Positions 10,401-24,600 of a stretch of DNA of 64,000 nucleotides are shown here, piece after piece. The notes beneath the pieces were generated by a model. The model was not told the origin of the DNA. It did no database searches and worked only from the letters and a program-made list of their open reading frames with translations. How positions within the stretch are numbered: position 1 is the stretch's first letter; each line of letters starts with the position of its first letter. The DNA comes from the human T2T-CHM13v2.0 reference genome, Homo sapiens: the NCBI RefSeq assembly GCF_009914755.1, contig NC_060934.1; one strand, given 5' to 3'. The position numbers and the translations under genes were made by a program.

Positions 10401-13400
10401 AAACTAGTTTGTGATGTGTGCCTTCAACTCGCAGAGTTTAACCTTTCTTTTCATAGAGCAGTTCGGAAACATTCTATTTGTAAAGTCTGCAAGTGGATAT
10501 TTGGACCTCTTTGAGGCCTTCGTTGGAAACGGGATTTCTTCATATAACGCTAGACAGAAGAATTCTCAGTAACTTCTTTGTGTTGAGTGTATTCAACTCA
10601 CAGAGTTGAACCTTTCTTTAGAGGGAGCAGAGGTGAAACACTCTTTTTGTGGAATTTGCTAGTGTAGATTTCAAACGCTTCGAAGACAGTGATAGAAAAG
10701 GATATATCTTCGTATTAAAAGTAGACAAAATCATTGTCAGAAAACTCTTTGTGATGTGTGTGTTCAACTCACAGAGTTTAACCTTTCTTTAATCGAGCAG
10801 TTTGGAAATACACTCTTTGTAAGTCTGCAGGTGGATATTTGGCCCTCTTTGAGCCCTTCTTTGGAAACGGGATTTCCTCTTATAATGCTAGACAGAAGAA
10901 TTCTCAGTAACTTCTCTGTGTTGTTTGTATTCAACACACAGATTTGAACCTTCCTTTAGAGAGAGCAGATTTGAAACACTCTGTTTTTGGAATTTGCAAG
11001 TGCAGATTTCAAGCGCTTCTAGGCCTATGGCAGAAAAGGAAATATCTTCGTATAAAAACTACACAGAATCATTCTCAACAACTACTTTGTGATGTGTGCG
11101 TTCAACTCACAGAGTTTAACCTTTCTTTTCATAGAGCAGTTTGGAAACACTCTGTTTGTAAAGCCTGCAAGTGCTTTTTTGGACTTCATTGAGGCCTTCG
11201 TTGGAAACGGGATTTCTTCATACAACGCTAGACAGAAGAATTCTCAGTCACTTCTTTGTGTTGTGTGTATTCAACTCACAGAGTTGAACCTTTCTTTAGA
11301 GAGAGCAGAGTTGAAACACTCTGTTTTTGGAATTTGCAAGTGCAGATTTCAAGCGATTCTAGGCCTATGGCAGAAAAGGAAATATCTTCGTATAAAAACT
11401 ACACAGAATCATTCTCAACAACTACTTTGTGATGTGTGCGTTCAACTCACAGAGTTTAACCTTTCTTTTCATAGAGCAGTTTGGAAACACTCTGTTTGTA
11501 AAGCCTGCAAGTGCTTTTTTGGACTTCATTGAGGCCTTCGTTGGAAACGGGATTTCTTCATATAATGCTAGACAGAAGAATTCTCAGTCACTTCTTTGTG
11601 TTGTGTGTATTCAAGTCACAGAGTTGAACCTTCCTTTGGACAGAGCAGTTTTGAAAAATTCTTTCTGTGGAGTTTGCAAGTGGAGATTTCAAGCGATTTG
11701 AGGCTAATCTTTGAAATGGAAATATCTTCGTGTAAAAACTACACAGAATCATTCTCAGAAACTGCTTTGTCATCTGTGCGTTCAGTTCACAGAGTTTCAC
11801 CTTTCTCTTCATAGAGCAGTTTGGAAAGACTCTGTCTGTAAAGTCTGCAAGTGATTAGTTAGACCCCTTTGAGGCCTTCGTTGGAAGCGGGATTTCTCAT
11901 TTACTGCTAGACAGAAGAATTCTCAGTAAATCCTTTGTGTTGTGTGTATTCAACTCACAGAGTGGAACCTTCCTTTATTCAGAGCAGTTTTGAAAAACAC
12001 TTTTTGTGGAATTTGCAAGTGGAGATTTCAAGCGATTTGACGCCAATCTTAGACATGGAAATATCTTCATATTAAAAGTACACAGAGTCATTCGTAGAAA
12101 CTAGTTTGTGATGTGTGCCTTCAACTCACAGAGTTTAACCTTTCTTTTCATAGAGCAGTTTGGAAACACTCTATTTGTAAAGTCTGCAAGTGGATATTTG
12201 GACCTCTCTGAGGCCTTCGTTGGAAACGGGATTTCTTCATATAATGCTAGACAGAAGAATTCTCAGTAACTTCTTTGTGTTGTGTGTATTCAACTCACAG
12301 AGTTGAACCTTTCTTTAGAGGGAGCAGAGGTGAAACACTCTTTTTGTGGAATTTGCTAGTGTAGATTTCAAACGCTTCGAAGACAGTGATAGAAAAGGAT
12401 ATATCTTCGTATTAAAAGTAGACAAAATCATTCTCAGAAAACTCTTTGTGATGTGTGTGTTCAACTCACAGAGTTTAACCTTTCTTTAATCGAGCAGTTT
12501 GGAAATACACTCTTTGTAAGTCTGCAGGTGGATAATTGGCCCTCTTTGAGCCCTTCATTGGAAACGGGATTTCCTCATATAATGCTAGACAGAAGAATTC
12601 TCAGTAACTTCTGTGTGTTGTTTGTATTCAACTCACAGATTTGAACCTTCCTTTAGAGAGAGCAGATTTGAAACACTCTGTTTTTGGAATTTGCAAGTGC
12701 AGATTTCAAGCGCTTCTAGGCCTATGGCAGAAAAGTAAATATCTTCGTATAAAAACTACACAGAATCATTCTCAACAACTACTTTGTGATGTGTGCGTTA
12801 AACTCACAGAGTTTAACCTTTCTTTTCATAGAGCAGTTTGGAAACACTCTGTTTGTAAAGCCTGCAAGTGCTTTTTTGGACTTCATTGAGGCCTTCGTTG
12901 GAAACGGGATTTCTTCATATAATGCTAGACAGAAGAATTCTCAGTCACTTCTTTGTGTTGTGTGTATTCAAGTCACAGAGTTGAACCTTCTTTTAGACAG
13001 AGCAGTTTTGAAAAATTCTTTCTGTGGAATTTGCAAGTGGAGATTTCAAGCGATTTGAGGCTAATCTTTGAAATGGAAATATCTTCGTGTAAAAACTACA
13101 CAGAATCATTCTCAGAAACTGCTTTGTCATCTGTGCGTTCAGTTCACAGAGTTTCACCTTTCTCTTCATAGAGCAGTTTGGAAAGACTCTGTCTGTAAAG
13201 TCTGCAAGTGATTAGTTAGAACCCTTTGAGGCCTTCGTTGGAAGCGGGATTTCTCATTTACTGCTAGACAGAAGAATTCTCAGTAAATCCTTTGTGTTGT
13301 GTGTATTCAACTCACAGAGTGGAACCTTCCTTTATTCAGAGCAGTTTTGAAACACTCTTTTTGTGGAATTTGCAAGTGGAGATTTCAAGCGATTTGACGC

Positions 13401-14590
13401 CAATCTTAGACATGGAAATATCTTCATATTAAAAGTACACAGAGTCATTCGTAGAAACTAGTTTGTGATGTGTGCCTTCAACTCACAGAGTTTAACCTTT
13501 CTTTTCATAGAGCAGTTGGGAAACACTCTATTTGTAAAGTCTGCAAGTGGATATTTGGACCTCTTTGAGGCCTTCGTTGGAAACGGGATTTCTTCATATA
13601 ACGCTAGACAGAAGAATTCTCAGTAACTTCTTTGTGTTGAGTGTATTCAACTCACAGAGTTGAACCTTTCTTTAGAGGGAGCAGAGGTGAAACACTCTTT
13701 TTGTGGAATTTGCTAGTGTAGATTTCAAACGCTTCGAAGACAGTGATAGAAAAGGATATATCTTCGTATTAAAAGTAGACAAAATCATTCTCAGAAAACT
13801 CTTTGTGATGTGTGTGTTCAACTCACAGAGTTTAACCTTTCTTTAATCGAGCAGTTTGGAAATACACTCCTTGTAAGTCTGCAGGTGGATATTTGGCCCT
13901 CTTTGAGCCCTTCGTTGGAAACGGGATTTCCTCATATAATGCTAGACAGAAGAATTCTCAGTAACTTCTTTGTGTTGTTTGTATTCAACACACAGATTTG
14001 AACCTTCCTTTAGAGAGAGCAGATTTGAAACACTCTGTTTTTGGAATTTGCAAGTGCAGATTTCAAGCGCTTCTAGGCCTATGGCAGAAAAGGAAATATC
14101 TTCGTATAAAAACTACACAGAATCATTCTCAACAACTACTTTGTGATGTGTGCGTTCAACTCACAGAGGTTAACCTTTCTTTTCATAGAGCAGTTTGGAA
14201 ACACTCTGTTTGTAAAGCCTGCAAGTGCTTTTTTGGACTTCATTGAGGCCTTCGTTGGAAACGGGATTTCTTCATATAATGCTAGACAGAAGAATTCTCA
14301 GTCACTTCTTTGTGTTGTGTGTATTCAAGTCACAGAGTTGAACCTTCCTTTAGACAGAGCAGTTTTGAAAAATTCTTTCTGTGGAGTTTGCAAGTGGAGA
14401 TTTCAAGCGATTTGAGGCTAATCTTTGAAATGGAAATATCTTCGTGGAAAAACTACACAGAATCATTCTCAGAAACTGCTTTGTCATCTGTGCGTTCAGT
14501 TCACAGAGTTTCACCTTTCTCTTCATAGAGCAGTTTGGAAAGACTCTGTCTGTAAAGTCTGCAAGTGATTAGTTAGACCCCTTTGAGGCC

Positions 14591-15609
14591 TTCGTTGGAA
14601 GCGGGATTTCTCATTTACTGCTAGACAGAAGAATTCTCAGTAAATCCTTTGTGTTGTGTGTATTCAACTCACAGAGTGGAACCTTCCTTTATTCAGAGCA
14701 GTTTTGAAAAACACTTTTTGTGGAATTTGCAAGTGGAGATTTCAAGCGATTTGACGCCAATCTTAGACATGGAAATATCTTCATATTAAAAGTACACAGA
14801 GTCATTCGTAGAAACTAGTTTGTGATGTGTGCCTTCAACTCACAGAGTTTAACCTTTCTTTTCATAGAGCAGTGTGGAAACACTCTATTTGTAAAGTCTG
14901 CAAGTGGATATTTGGACCTCTTTGAGGCCTTCGTTGGAAACGGGATTTCTTCATACAACGCTAGACAGAAGAATTCTCAGTAACTTCTTTGTGTTGTGTG
15001 TATTCAACTCACAGAGTTGAACCTTTCTTTAGAGAGAGCAGAGTTGAAACACTCTGTTTTTGGAATTTGCAAGTGCAGATTTCAAGCGATTCTAGGCCTA
15101 TGGCAGAAAAGGAAATATCTTCGTATAAAAACTACACAGAATCATTCTCAACAACTACTTTGTGATGTGTGCGTTCAACTCACAGAGTTTAAACTTTCTT
15201 TTCATAGAGCAGTTTGGAAACACTCTGTTTGTAAAGCCTGCAAGTGCTTTTTTGGACTTCATTGAGGCCTTCGTTGGAAACGGGATTTCTTCATATAATG
15301 CTAGACAGAAGAATTCTCAGTCACTTCTTTGTGTTGTGTGTATTCAAGTCACAGAGTTGAACCTTCCTTTAGACAGAGCAGTTTTGAAAAATTCTTTCTG
15401 TGGAATTTGCAAGTGGAGATTTCAAGCGATTTGAGGCTAATCTTTGAAATGGAAATATCTTCGTGTAAAAACTACACAGAATCATTCTCAGAAACTGCTT
15501 TGTCATCTGTGCGTTCAGTTCACAGAGTTTCACCTTTCTCTTCATAGAGCAGTTTGGAAAGACTCTGTCTGTAAAGTCTGCAAGTGATTAGTTAGACCCC
15601 TTTGAGGCC
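14591..15609 (+). repeat. 6-mer HOR variant A-C'-D, 1019 bp (also at 32580, 34954, 46155, 52603, 53622, 58373, and partial at 63124)
   Basis: Dimers B and C are replaced by the single hybrid C'. Period 1019. Confidence 0.93.
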
Positions 15610-18600
15610 TTCGTTGGAAGCGGGATTTCTCATTTACTGCTAGACAGAAGAATTCTCAGTAAATCCTTTGTGTTGTGTGTATTCAACTCACAGAGTGGAA
15701 CCTTCCTTTATTCAGAGCAGTTTTGAAACACTCTTTTTGTGGAATTTGCAAGTGGAGATTTCAAGCGATTTGACGCCAATCTTAGACATGGAAATATCTT
15801 CATATTAAAAGTACACAGAGTCATTCGTAGAAACTAGTTTGTGATGTGTGCCTTCAACTCACAGAGTTTAACCTTTCTTTTCATAGAGCAGTTGGGAAAC
15901 ACTCTATTTGTAAAGTCTGCAAGTGGATATTTGGACCTCTTTGAGGCCTTCGTTGGAAACGGGATTTCTTCATATAACGCTAGACAGAAGAATTCTCAGT
16001 AACTTCTTTGTGTTGTGTGTATTCAACTCACAGAGTTGAACCTTTCTTTAGAGGGAGCAGAGGTGAAACACTCTTTTTGTGGAATTTGCTAGTGTAGATT
16101 TCAAACGCTTCGAAGACAGTGATAGAAAAGGATATATCTTCGTATTAAAAGTAGACAAAATCATTCTCAGAAAACTCTTTGTGATGTGTGTGTTCAACTC
16201 ACAGAGTTTAACCTTTCTTTAATCGAGCAGTTTGGAAATACACTCTTTGTAAGTCTGCAGGTGGATATTTGGCCCTCTTTGAGCCCTTCATTGGAAACGG
16301 GATTTCCTCATATAATGCTAGACAGAAGAATTCTCAGTAACTTCTTTGTGTTGTTTGTATTCAACACACAGATTTGAACCTTCCTTTAGAGAGAGCAGAT
16401 TTGAAACACTCTGTTTTTGGAATTTGCAAGTGCAGATTTCAAGCGCTTCTAGGCCTATGGCAGAAAAGGAAATATCTTCGTATAAAAACTACACAGAATC
16501 ATTCTCAACAACTACTTTGTGATGTGTGCGTTCAACTCACAGAGGTTAACCTTTCTTTTCATAGAGCAGTTTGGAAACACTCTGTTTGTAAAGCCTGCAA
16601 GTGCTTTTTTGGACTTCATTGAGGCCTTCGTTGGAAACGGGATTTCTTCATACAACGCTAGACAGAAGAATTCTCAGTAACTTCTTTGTGTTGTGTGTAT
16701 TCAACTCACAGAGTTGAACCTTTCTTTAGAGAGAACAGAGTTGAAACACTCTGTTTTTGGAATTTGCAAGTGCAGATTTCAAGCGATTCTAGGCCTATGG
16801 CAGAAAAGGAAATATCTTCGTATAAAAACTACACAGAATCATTCTCAACAACTACTTTGTGATGTGTGCGTTCAACTCACAGAGTTTAACCTTTCTTTTC
16901 ATAGAGCAGTTTGGAAACACTCTGTTTGTAAAGCCTGCAAGTGCTTTTTTGGACTTCATTGAGGCCTTCGTTGGAAACGGGATTTCTTCATATAATGCTA
17001 GACAGAAGAATTCTCAGTCACTTCTTTGTGTTGTGTGTATTCAAGTCACAGAGTTGAACCTTCCTTTAGACAGAGCAGTTTTGAAAAATTCTTTCTGTGG
17101 AATTTGCAAGTGGAGATTTCAAGCGATTTGAGGCTAATCTTTGAAATGGAAATATCTTCGTGTAAAAACTACACAGAATCATTCTCAGAAACTGCTTTGT
17201 CATCTGTGCGTTCAGTTCACAGAGTTTCACCTTTCTCTTCATAGAGCAGTTTGGAAAGACTCTGTCTGTAAAGTCTGCAAGTGATTAGTTAGACCCCTTT
17301 GAGGCCTTCTTTGGAAGCGGGATTTCTCATTTACTGCTAGACAGAAGAATTCTCAGTAAATCCTTTGTGTTGTGTGTATTCAACTCACAGAGTGGAACCT
17401 TCCTTTATTCAGAGCAGTTTTGAAAAACACTTTTTGTGGAATTTGCAAGTGGAGATTTCAGGCGATTTGACGCCAATCTTAGACATGGAAATATCTTCAT
17501 ATTAAAAGTACACAGAGTCATTCGTAGAAACTAGTTTGTGATGTGTGCCTTCAACTCACAGAGTTTAACCTTTCTTTCCATAGAGCAGTTTGGAAACACT
17601 CTATTTGTAAAGTCTGCAAGTGGATATTTGGACCTCTTTGAGGCCTTCGTTGGAAACGGGATTTCTTCATACAACGCTAGACAGAAGAATTCTCAGTAAC
17701 TTCTTTGTGTTGTGTGTATTCAACTCACAGAGTTGAACCTTTCTTTAGAGGGAGCAGAGGTGAAACAGTCTTTTTGTGGAATTTGCTAGTGTAGATTTCA
17801 AACGCTTCGAAGTCAGTGATAGAAAAGGATATATCTTCGTATTAAAAGTAGACAAAATCATTCTCAGAAAACTCTTTGTGATGTGTGTGTTCAACTCACG
17901 GAGTTTAACCTTTCTTTAATCGAGCAGTTTGGAAATACACTCTTTGTAAGTCTGCAGGTGGATATTTGGCCCTCTTTGAGCCCTTGGTTGGAAACGGGAT
18001 TTCCTCTTATAATGCTAGACAGAAGAATTCTCAGTAACTTCTCTGTGTTGTTTGTATTCAACACACAGATTTGAACCTTCCTTTAGAGAGAGCAGATTTG
18101 AAACACTCTGTTTTTGGAATTTGCAAGTGCAGATTTCAAGCGCTTCTAGGCCTATGGCAGAAAAGGAAATATCTTCGTATAAAAACTACACAGAATCATT
18201 CTCAACAACTACTTTGTGATGTGTGCGTTCAACTCACAGAGTTTAACCTTTCTTTTCATAGAGCAGTTTGGAAACACTCTGTTTGTAAAGCCTGCAAGTG
18301 CTTTTTTGGACTTCATTGAGGCCTTCGTTGGAAACGGGATTTCTTCATACAACGTTAGACAGAAGAATTCTCAGTAACTTCTTTGTGTTGTGTGTATTCA
18401 ACTCACAGAGTTGAACCTTTCTTTAGAGAGAGCAGAGTTGAAACACTCTGTTTTTGGAATTTGCAAGTGCAGATTTCAAGCGATTCTAGGCCTATGGCAG
18501 AAAAGGAAATATCTTCGTATAAAAACTACACAGAATCATTCTCAACAACTACTTTGTGATGTGTGCGTTCAACTCACAGAGTTTAACCTTTCTTTTCATA

Positions 18601-21600
18601 GAGCAGTTTGGAAACACTCTGTTTGTAAAGCCTGCAAGTGCTTTTTTGGACTTCATTGAGGCCTTCGTTGGAAACGGGATTTCTTCATATAATGCTAGAC
18701 AGAAGAATTCTCAGTCAATTCTTTGTGTTGTGTGTATTCAAGTCACAGAGTTGAACCTTCCTTTAGACAGAGCAGTTTTGAAAAATTCTTTCTGTGGAAT
18801 TTGCAAGTGGAGATTTCAAGCGATTTGAGGCTAATCTTTGAAATGGAAATATCTTCGTGTAAAAACTACACAGAATCATTCTCAGAAACTGCTTTGTCAT
18901 CTGTGCGTTCAGTTCACAGAGTTTCACCTTTCTCTTCAAAGAGCAGTTTGGAAAGACTCTGTCTGTAAAGTCTGCAAGTGATTACTTAGACCCCTTTGAG
19001 GCCTTCTTTGGAAGCGGGATTTCTCATTTACTGCTAGACAGAAGAATTCTCAGTAAATCCTTTGTGTTGTGTGTATTCAACTCACAGAGTGGAACCTTCC
19101 TTTATTCAGAGCAGTTTTGAAAAACACTTTTTGTGGAATTTGCAAGTGGAGATTTCAGGCGATTTGACGCCAATCTTAGACATGGAAATATCTTCATATT
19201 AAAAGTACACAGAGTCATTCGTAGAAACTAGTTTGTGATGTGTGCCTTCAACTCACAGAGTTTAACCTTTCTTTTCATAGAGCAGTTTGGAAACACTCTA
19301 TTTGTAAAGTCTGCAAGTGGATATTTGGACCTCTTTGAGGCCTTCGTTGGAAACGGGATTTCTTCATACAACGCTAGACAGAAGAATTCTCAGTAACTTC
19401 TTTGTGCTGTGTGTATTCAACTCACAGAGTTGAACCTTTCTTTAGAGGGAGCAGAGGTGAAACAGTCTTTTTGTGGAATTTGCTAGTGTAGATTTCAAAC
19501 GCTTCGAAGTCAGTGATAGAAAAGGATATATCTTCGTATTAAAAGTAGACAAAATCATTCTCAGAAAACTCTTTGTGATGTGTGTGTTCAACTCACAGAG
19601 TTTAACCTTTCTTTAATCGAGCAGTTTGGAAATACACTCTTTGTAATTCTGCAGGTGGATATTTGGCCCTCTTTGAGCCCTTGGTTGGAAACGGGATTTC
19701 CTCTTATAATGCTAGACAGAAGAATTCTCAGTAACTTCTCTGTGTTGTTTGTATTCAACACACAGATTTGAACCTTCCTTTAGAGAGAGCAGATTTGAAA
19801 CACTCTGTTTTTGGAATTTGCAAGTGCAGATTTCAAGCGCTTCTAGGCCTATGGCAGAAAAGGAAATATCTTCGTATAAAAACTACACAGAATCATTCTC
19901 AACAACTACTTTGTGATGTGTGCGTTCAACTCACAGAGTTTAACCTTTCTTTTCATAGAGCAGTTTGGAAACACTCTGTTTGTAAAGCCTGCAAGTGCTT
20001 TTTTGGACTTCATTGAGGCCTTCGTTGGAAACGGGATTTCTTCATACAACGCTAGACAGAAGAATTCTCAGTAACTTCTTTGTGTTGTTTGTATTCAACT
20101 CACAGAGTTGAACCTTTCTTTAGAGAGAGCAGAGTTGAAACACTCTGTTTTTGGAATTTGCAAGTGCAGATTTCAAGCGATTCTAGGCCTATGGCAGAAA
20201 AGGAAATATCTTCGTATAAAAACTACACAGAATCATTCTCAACAACTACTTTGTGATGTGTGCGTTCAACTCACAGAGTTTAACCTTTCTTTTCATAGAG
20301 CAGTTTGGAAACACTCTGTTTGTAAAGCCTGCAAGTGCTTTTTTGGACTTCATTGAGGCCTTCGTTGGAAACGGGATTTCTTCATATAATGCTAGACAGA
20401 AGAATTCTCAGTCACTTCTTTGTGTTGTGTGTATTCAAGTCACAGAGTTGAACCTTCCTTTAGACAGAGCAGTTTTGAAAAATTCTTTCTGTGGAGTTTG
20501 CAAGTGGAGATTTCAAGCGATTTGAGGCTAATCTTTGAAATGGAAATATCTTCGTGTAAAAACTACACAGAATCATTCTCAGAAACTGCTTTGTCATCTG
20601 TGCGTTCAGTTCACAGAGTTTCACCTTTCTCTTCATAGAGCAGTTTGGAAAGACTCTGTCTGTAAAGTCTGCAAGTGATTAGTTGGACCCCTTTGAGGCC
20701 TTCGTTGGAAGCGGGATTTCTCATTTACTGCTAGACAGAAGAATTCTCAGTAAATCCTTTGTGTTGTGTGTATTCAACTCACAGAGTGGAACCTTCCTTT
20801 ATTCAGAGCAGTTTTGAAACACTCTTTTTGTGGAATTTGCAAGTGGAGATTTCAAGCGATTTGACGCCAATCTTAGGCATGGAAATATCTTCATATTAAA
20901 AGTACACAGAGTCATTCGTAGAAACTAGTTTGTGATGTGTGCCTTCAACTCACAGAGTTTAACCTTTCTTTTCATAGAGCAGTTGGGAAACACTCTATTT
21001 GTAAAGTCTGCAAGTGGATATTTGGACCTCTTTGAGGCCTTCGTTGGAAACGGGATTTCTTCATATAACGCTAGACAGAAGAATTCTCAGTAACTTCTTT
21101 GTGTTGTGTGTATTCAACTCACAGAGTTGAACCTTTCTTTAGAGGGAGCAGAGGTGAAACACTCTTTTTGTGGAATTTGCTAGTGTAGATTTCAAACGCT
21201 TCGAAGACAGTGATAGAAAAGGATATATCTTCGTATTAAAAGTAGACAAAATCATTCTCAGAAAACTCTTTGTGATGTGTGTGTTCAACTCACAGAGTTT
21301 AACCTTTCTTTAATCGAGCAGTTTGGAAATACACTCTTTGTAAGTCTGCAGGTGGATATTTGGCCCTCTTTGAGCCCTTCGTTGGAAACGGGATTTCCTC
21401 ATATAATGCTAGACAGAAGAATTCTCAGTAACTTCTTTGTGTTGTTTGTATTCAACACACAGATTTGAACCTTCCTTTAGAGAGAGCAGATTTGAAACAC
21501 TCTGTTTTTGGAATTTGCAAGTGCAGATTTCAAGCGCTTCTAGGCCTATGGCAGAAATGGAAATATCTTCGTATAAAAAGTACACAGAATCATTCTCAAC

Positions 21601-24600
21601 AACTACTTTGTGATGTGTGCGTTCAACTCACAGAGTTTAACCTTTCTTTTCATAGAGCAGTTTGGAAACACTCTGTTTGTAAAGCGTGCAAGTGCTTTTT
21701 TGGACTTCATTGAGGCCTTCGTTGGAAACGGGATTTCTTCATACAACGCTAGACAGAAGAATTCTCAGTAACTTCTTTGTGTTGTGTGTATTCAACTCAC
21801 AGAGTTGAACCTTTCTTTAGAGAGAACAGAGTTGAAACACTCTGTTTTTGGAATTTGCAAGTGCAGATTTCAAGCGATTCTAGGCCTATGGCAGAAAAGG
21901 AAATATCTTCGTATAAAAACTACACAGAATCATTCTCAACAACTACTTTGTGATGTGTGCGTTCAACTCACAGAGTTTAACCTTTCTTTTCATAGAGCAG
22001 TTTGGAAACACTCTGTTTGTAAAGACTGCAAGTGCTTTTTTGGACTTCATTGAGGCCTTCGTTGGAAACGGGATTTCTTCATATAATGCTAGACAGAAGA
22101 ATTCTCAGTCACTTCTTTGTGTTGTGTGTATTCAAGTCACAGAGTTGAACCTTCCTTTAGACAGAGCAGTTTTGAAAAATTCTTTCTGTGGAATTTGCAA
22201 GTGGAGATTTCAAGCGATTTGAGGCTAATCTTTGAAATGGAAATATCTTCGTGTAAAAACTACACAGAATCATTCTCAGAAACTGCTTTGTCATCTGTGC
22301 GTTTAGTTCACAGAGTTTCACCTTTCTCTTCATAGAGCAGTTTGGAAAGACTCTGTCTGTAAAGTCTGCAAGTGATTAGTTGGACCCCTTTGAGGCCTTC
22401 GTTGGAAGCGGGATTTCTCATTTACTGCTAGACAGAAGAATTCTCAGTAAATCCTTTGTGTTGTGTGTATTCAACTCACAGAGTGGAACCTTCCTTTATT
22501 CAGAGCAGTTTTGAAACACTCTTTTTGTGGAATTTGCAAGTGGAGATTTCAAGCGATTTGACGCCAATCTTAGACATGGAAATATCTTCATATTAAAAGT
22601 ACACAGAGTCATTCGTAGAAACTAGTTTGTGATGTGTGCCTTCAACTCACAGAGTTTAACCTTTCTTTTCATAGAGCAGTTGGGAAACACTCTATTTGTA
22701 AAGTCTGCAAGTGGATATTTGGACCTCTTTGAGGCCTTCGTTGGAAACGGGATTTCTTCATATAACGCTAGACAGAAGAATTCTCAGTAACTTCTTTGTG
22801 TTGTGTGTATTCAACTCACAGAGTTGAACCTTTCTTTAGAGGGAGCAGAGGTGAAACACTCTTTTTGTGGAATTTGCTAGTGTAGATTTCAAACGCTTCG
22901 AAGACAGTGATAGAAAAGGATATATCTTCGTATTAAAAGTAGACAAAATCATTCTCAGAAAACTCTTTGTGATGTGTGTGTTCAACTCACAGAGTTTAAC
23001 CTTTCTTTAATCGAGCAGTTTGGAAATACACTCTTTGTAAGTCTGCAGGTGGATATTTGGCCCTCTTTGAGCCCTTCGTTGGAAACGGGATTTCCTCATA
23101 TAATGCTAGACAGAAGAATTCTCAGTAACTTCTTTGTGTTGTTTGTATTCAACACACAGATTTGAACCTTCCTTTAGAGAGAGCAGATTTGAAACACTCT
23201 GTTTTTGGAATTTGCAAGTGCAGATTTCAAGCGCTTCTAGGCCTATGGCAGAAATGGAAATATCTTCGTATAAAAAGTACACAGAATCATTCTCAACAAC
23301 TACTTTGTGATGTGTGCGTTCAACTCACAGAGTTTAACCTTTCTTTTCATAGAGCAGTTTGGAAACACTCTGTTTGTAAAGCGTGCAAGTGCTTTTTTGG
23401 ACTTCATTGAGGCCTTCGTTGGAAACGGGATTTCTTCATACAACGCTAGACAGAAGAATTCTCAGTAACTTCTTTGTGTTGTGTGTATTCAACTCACAGA
23501 GTTGAACCTTTCTTTAGAGAGAACAGAGTTGAAACACTCTGTTTTTGGAATTTGCAAGTGCAGATTTCAAGCGATTCTAGGCCTATGGCAGAAAAGGAAA
23601 TATCTTCGTATAAAAACTACACAGAATCATTCTCAACAACTACTTTGTGATGTGTGCGTTCAACTCACAGAGTTTAACCTTTCTTTTCATAGAGCAGTTT
23701 GGAAACACTCTGTTTGTAAAGACTGCAAGTGCTTTTTTGGACTTCATTGAGGCCTTCGTTGGAAACGGGATTTCTTCATATAATGCTAGACAGAAGAATT
23801 CTCAGTCACTTCTTTGTGTTGTGTGTATTCAAGTCACAGAGTTGAACCTTCCTTTAGACAGAGCAGTTTTGAAAAATTCTTTCTGTGGAATTTGCAAGAG
23901 GAGATTTCAAGCGATTTGAGGCTAATCTTTGAAATGGAAATATCTTCGTGTAAAAACTACACAGAATCATTCTCAGAAACTGCTTTGTCATCTGTGCGTT
24001 TAGTTCACAGAGTTTCACCTTTCTCTTCATAGAGCAGTTTGGAAAGACTCTGTCTGTAATGTCTGCAAGTGATTAGTTAGACCCCTTTGAGGCCTTCGTT
24101 GGAAGCGGTATTTCTCATTTACTGCTAGACAGAAGAATTCTCAGTAAATCCTTTGTGTTGTGTGTATTCAACTCACAGAGTGGAACCTTCCTTTATTCAG
24201 AGCAGTTTTGAAACACTCTTTTTGTGGAATTTGCAAGTGGAGATTTCAAGCGATTTGACGCCAATCTTAGACATGGAAATATCTTCATATTAAAAGTACA
24301 CAGAGTCATTCGTAGAAACTAGTTTGTGATGTGTGCCTTCAACTCACAGAGTTTAACCTTTCTTTTCATAGAGCAGTTGGGAAACACTCTAGTTGTAAAG
24401 TCTGCAAGTGGATATTTGGAACTCTTTGAGGCCTTCGTTGGAAACGGGATTTCTTCATATAACGCTAGACAGAAGAATTCTCAGTAACTTCTTTGTGTTG
24501 TGTGTATTCAACTCACAGAGTTGAACCTTTCTTTAGAGGGAGCAGAGGTGAAACAGTCTTTTTGTGGAATTTGCTAGTGTAGATTTCAAACGCTTCGAAG

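Noticed and set aside
11588-11812. Rare minus-strand ORFs (also 49307-49501)
   Set aside because: They are created by single SNVs removing a reverse-strand stop and are not evidence of inversion or coding.
21551-21590. K-unit double change (GAAATGG, AAAAGTACAC) resembling conversion from dimer A
   Set aside because: The intervening bases remain C-type (CGTATAA, not CATATTA), so two point mutations copied by the adjacent duplication are simpler.
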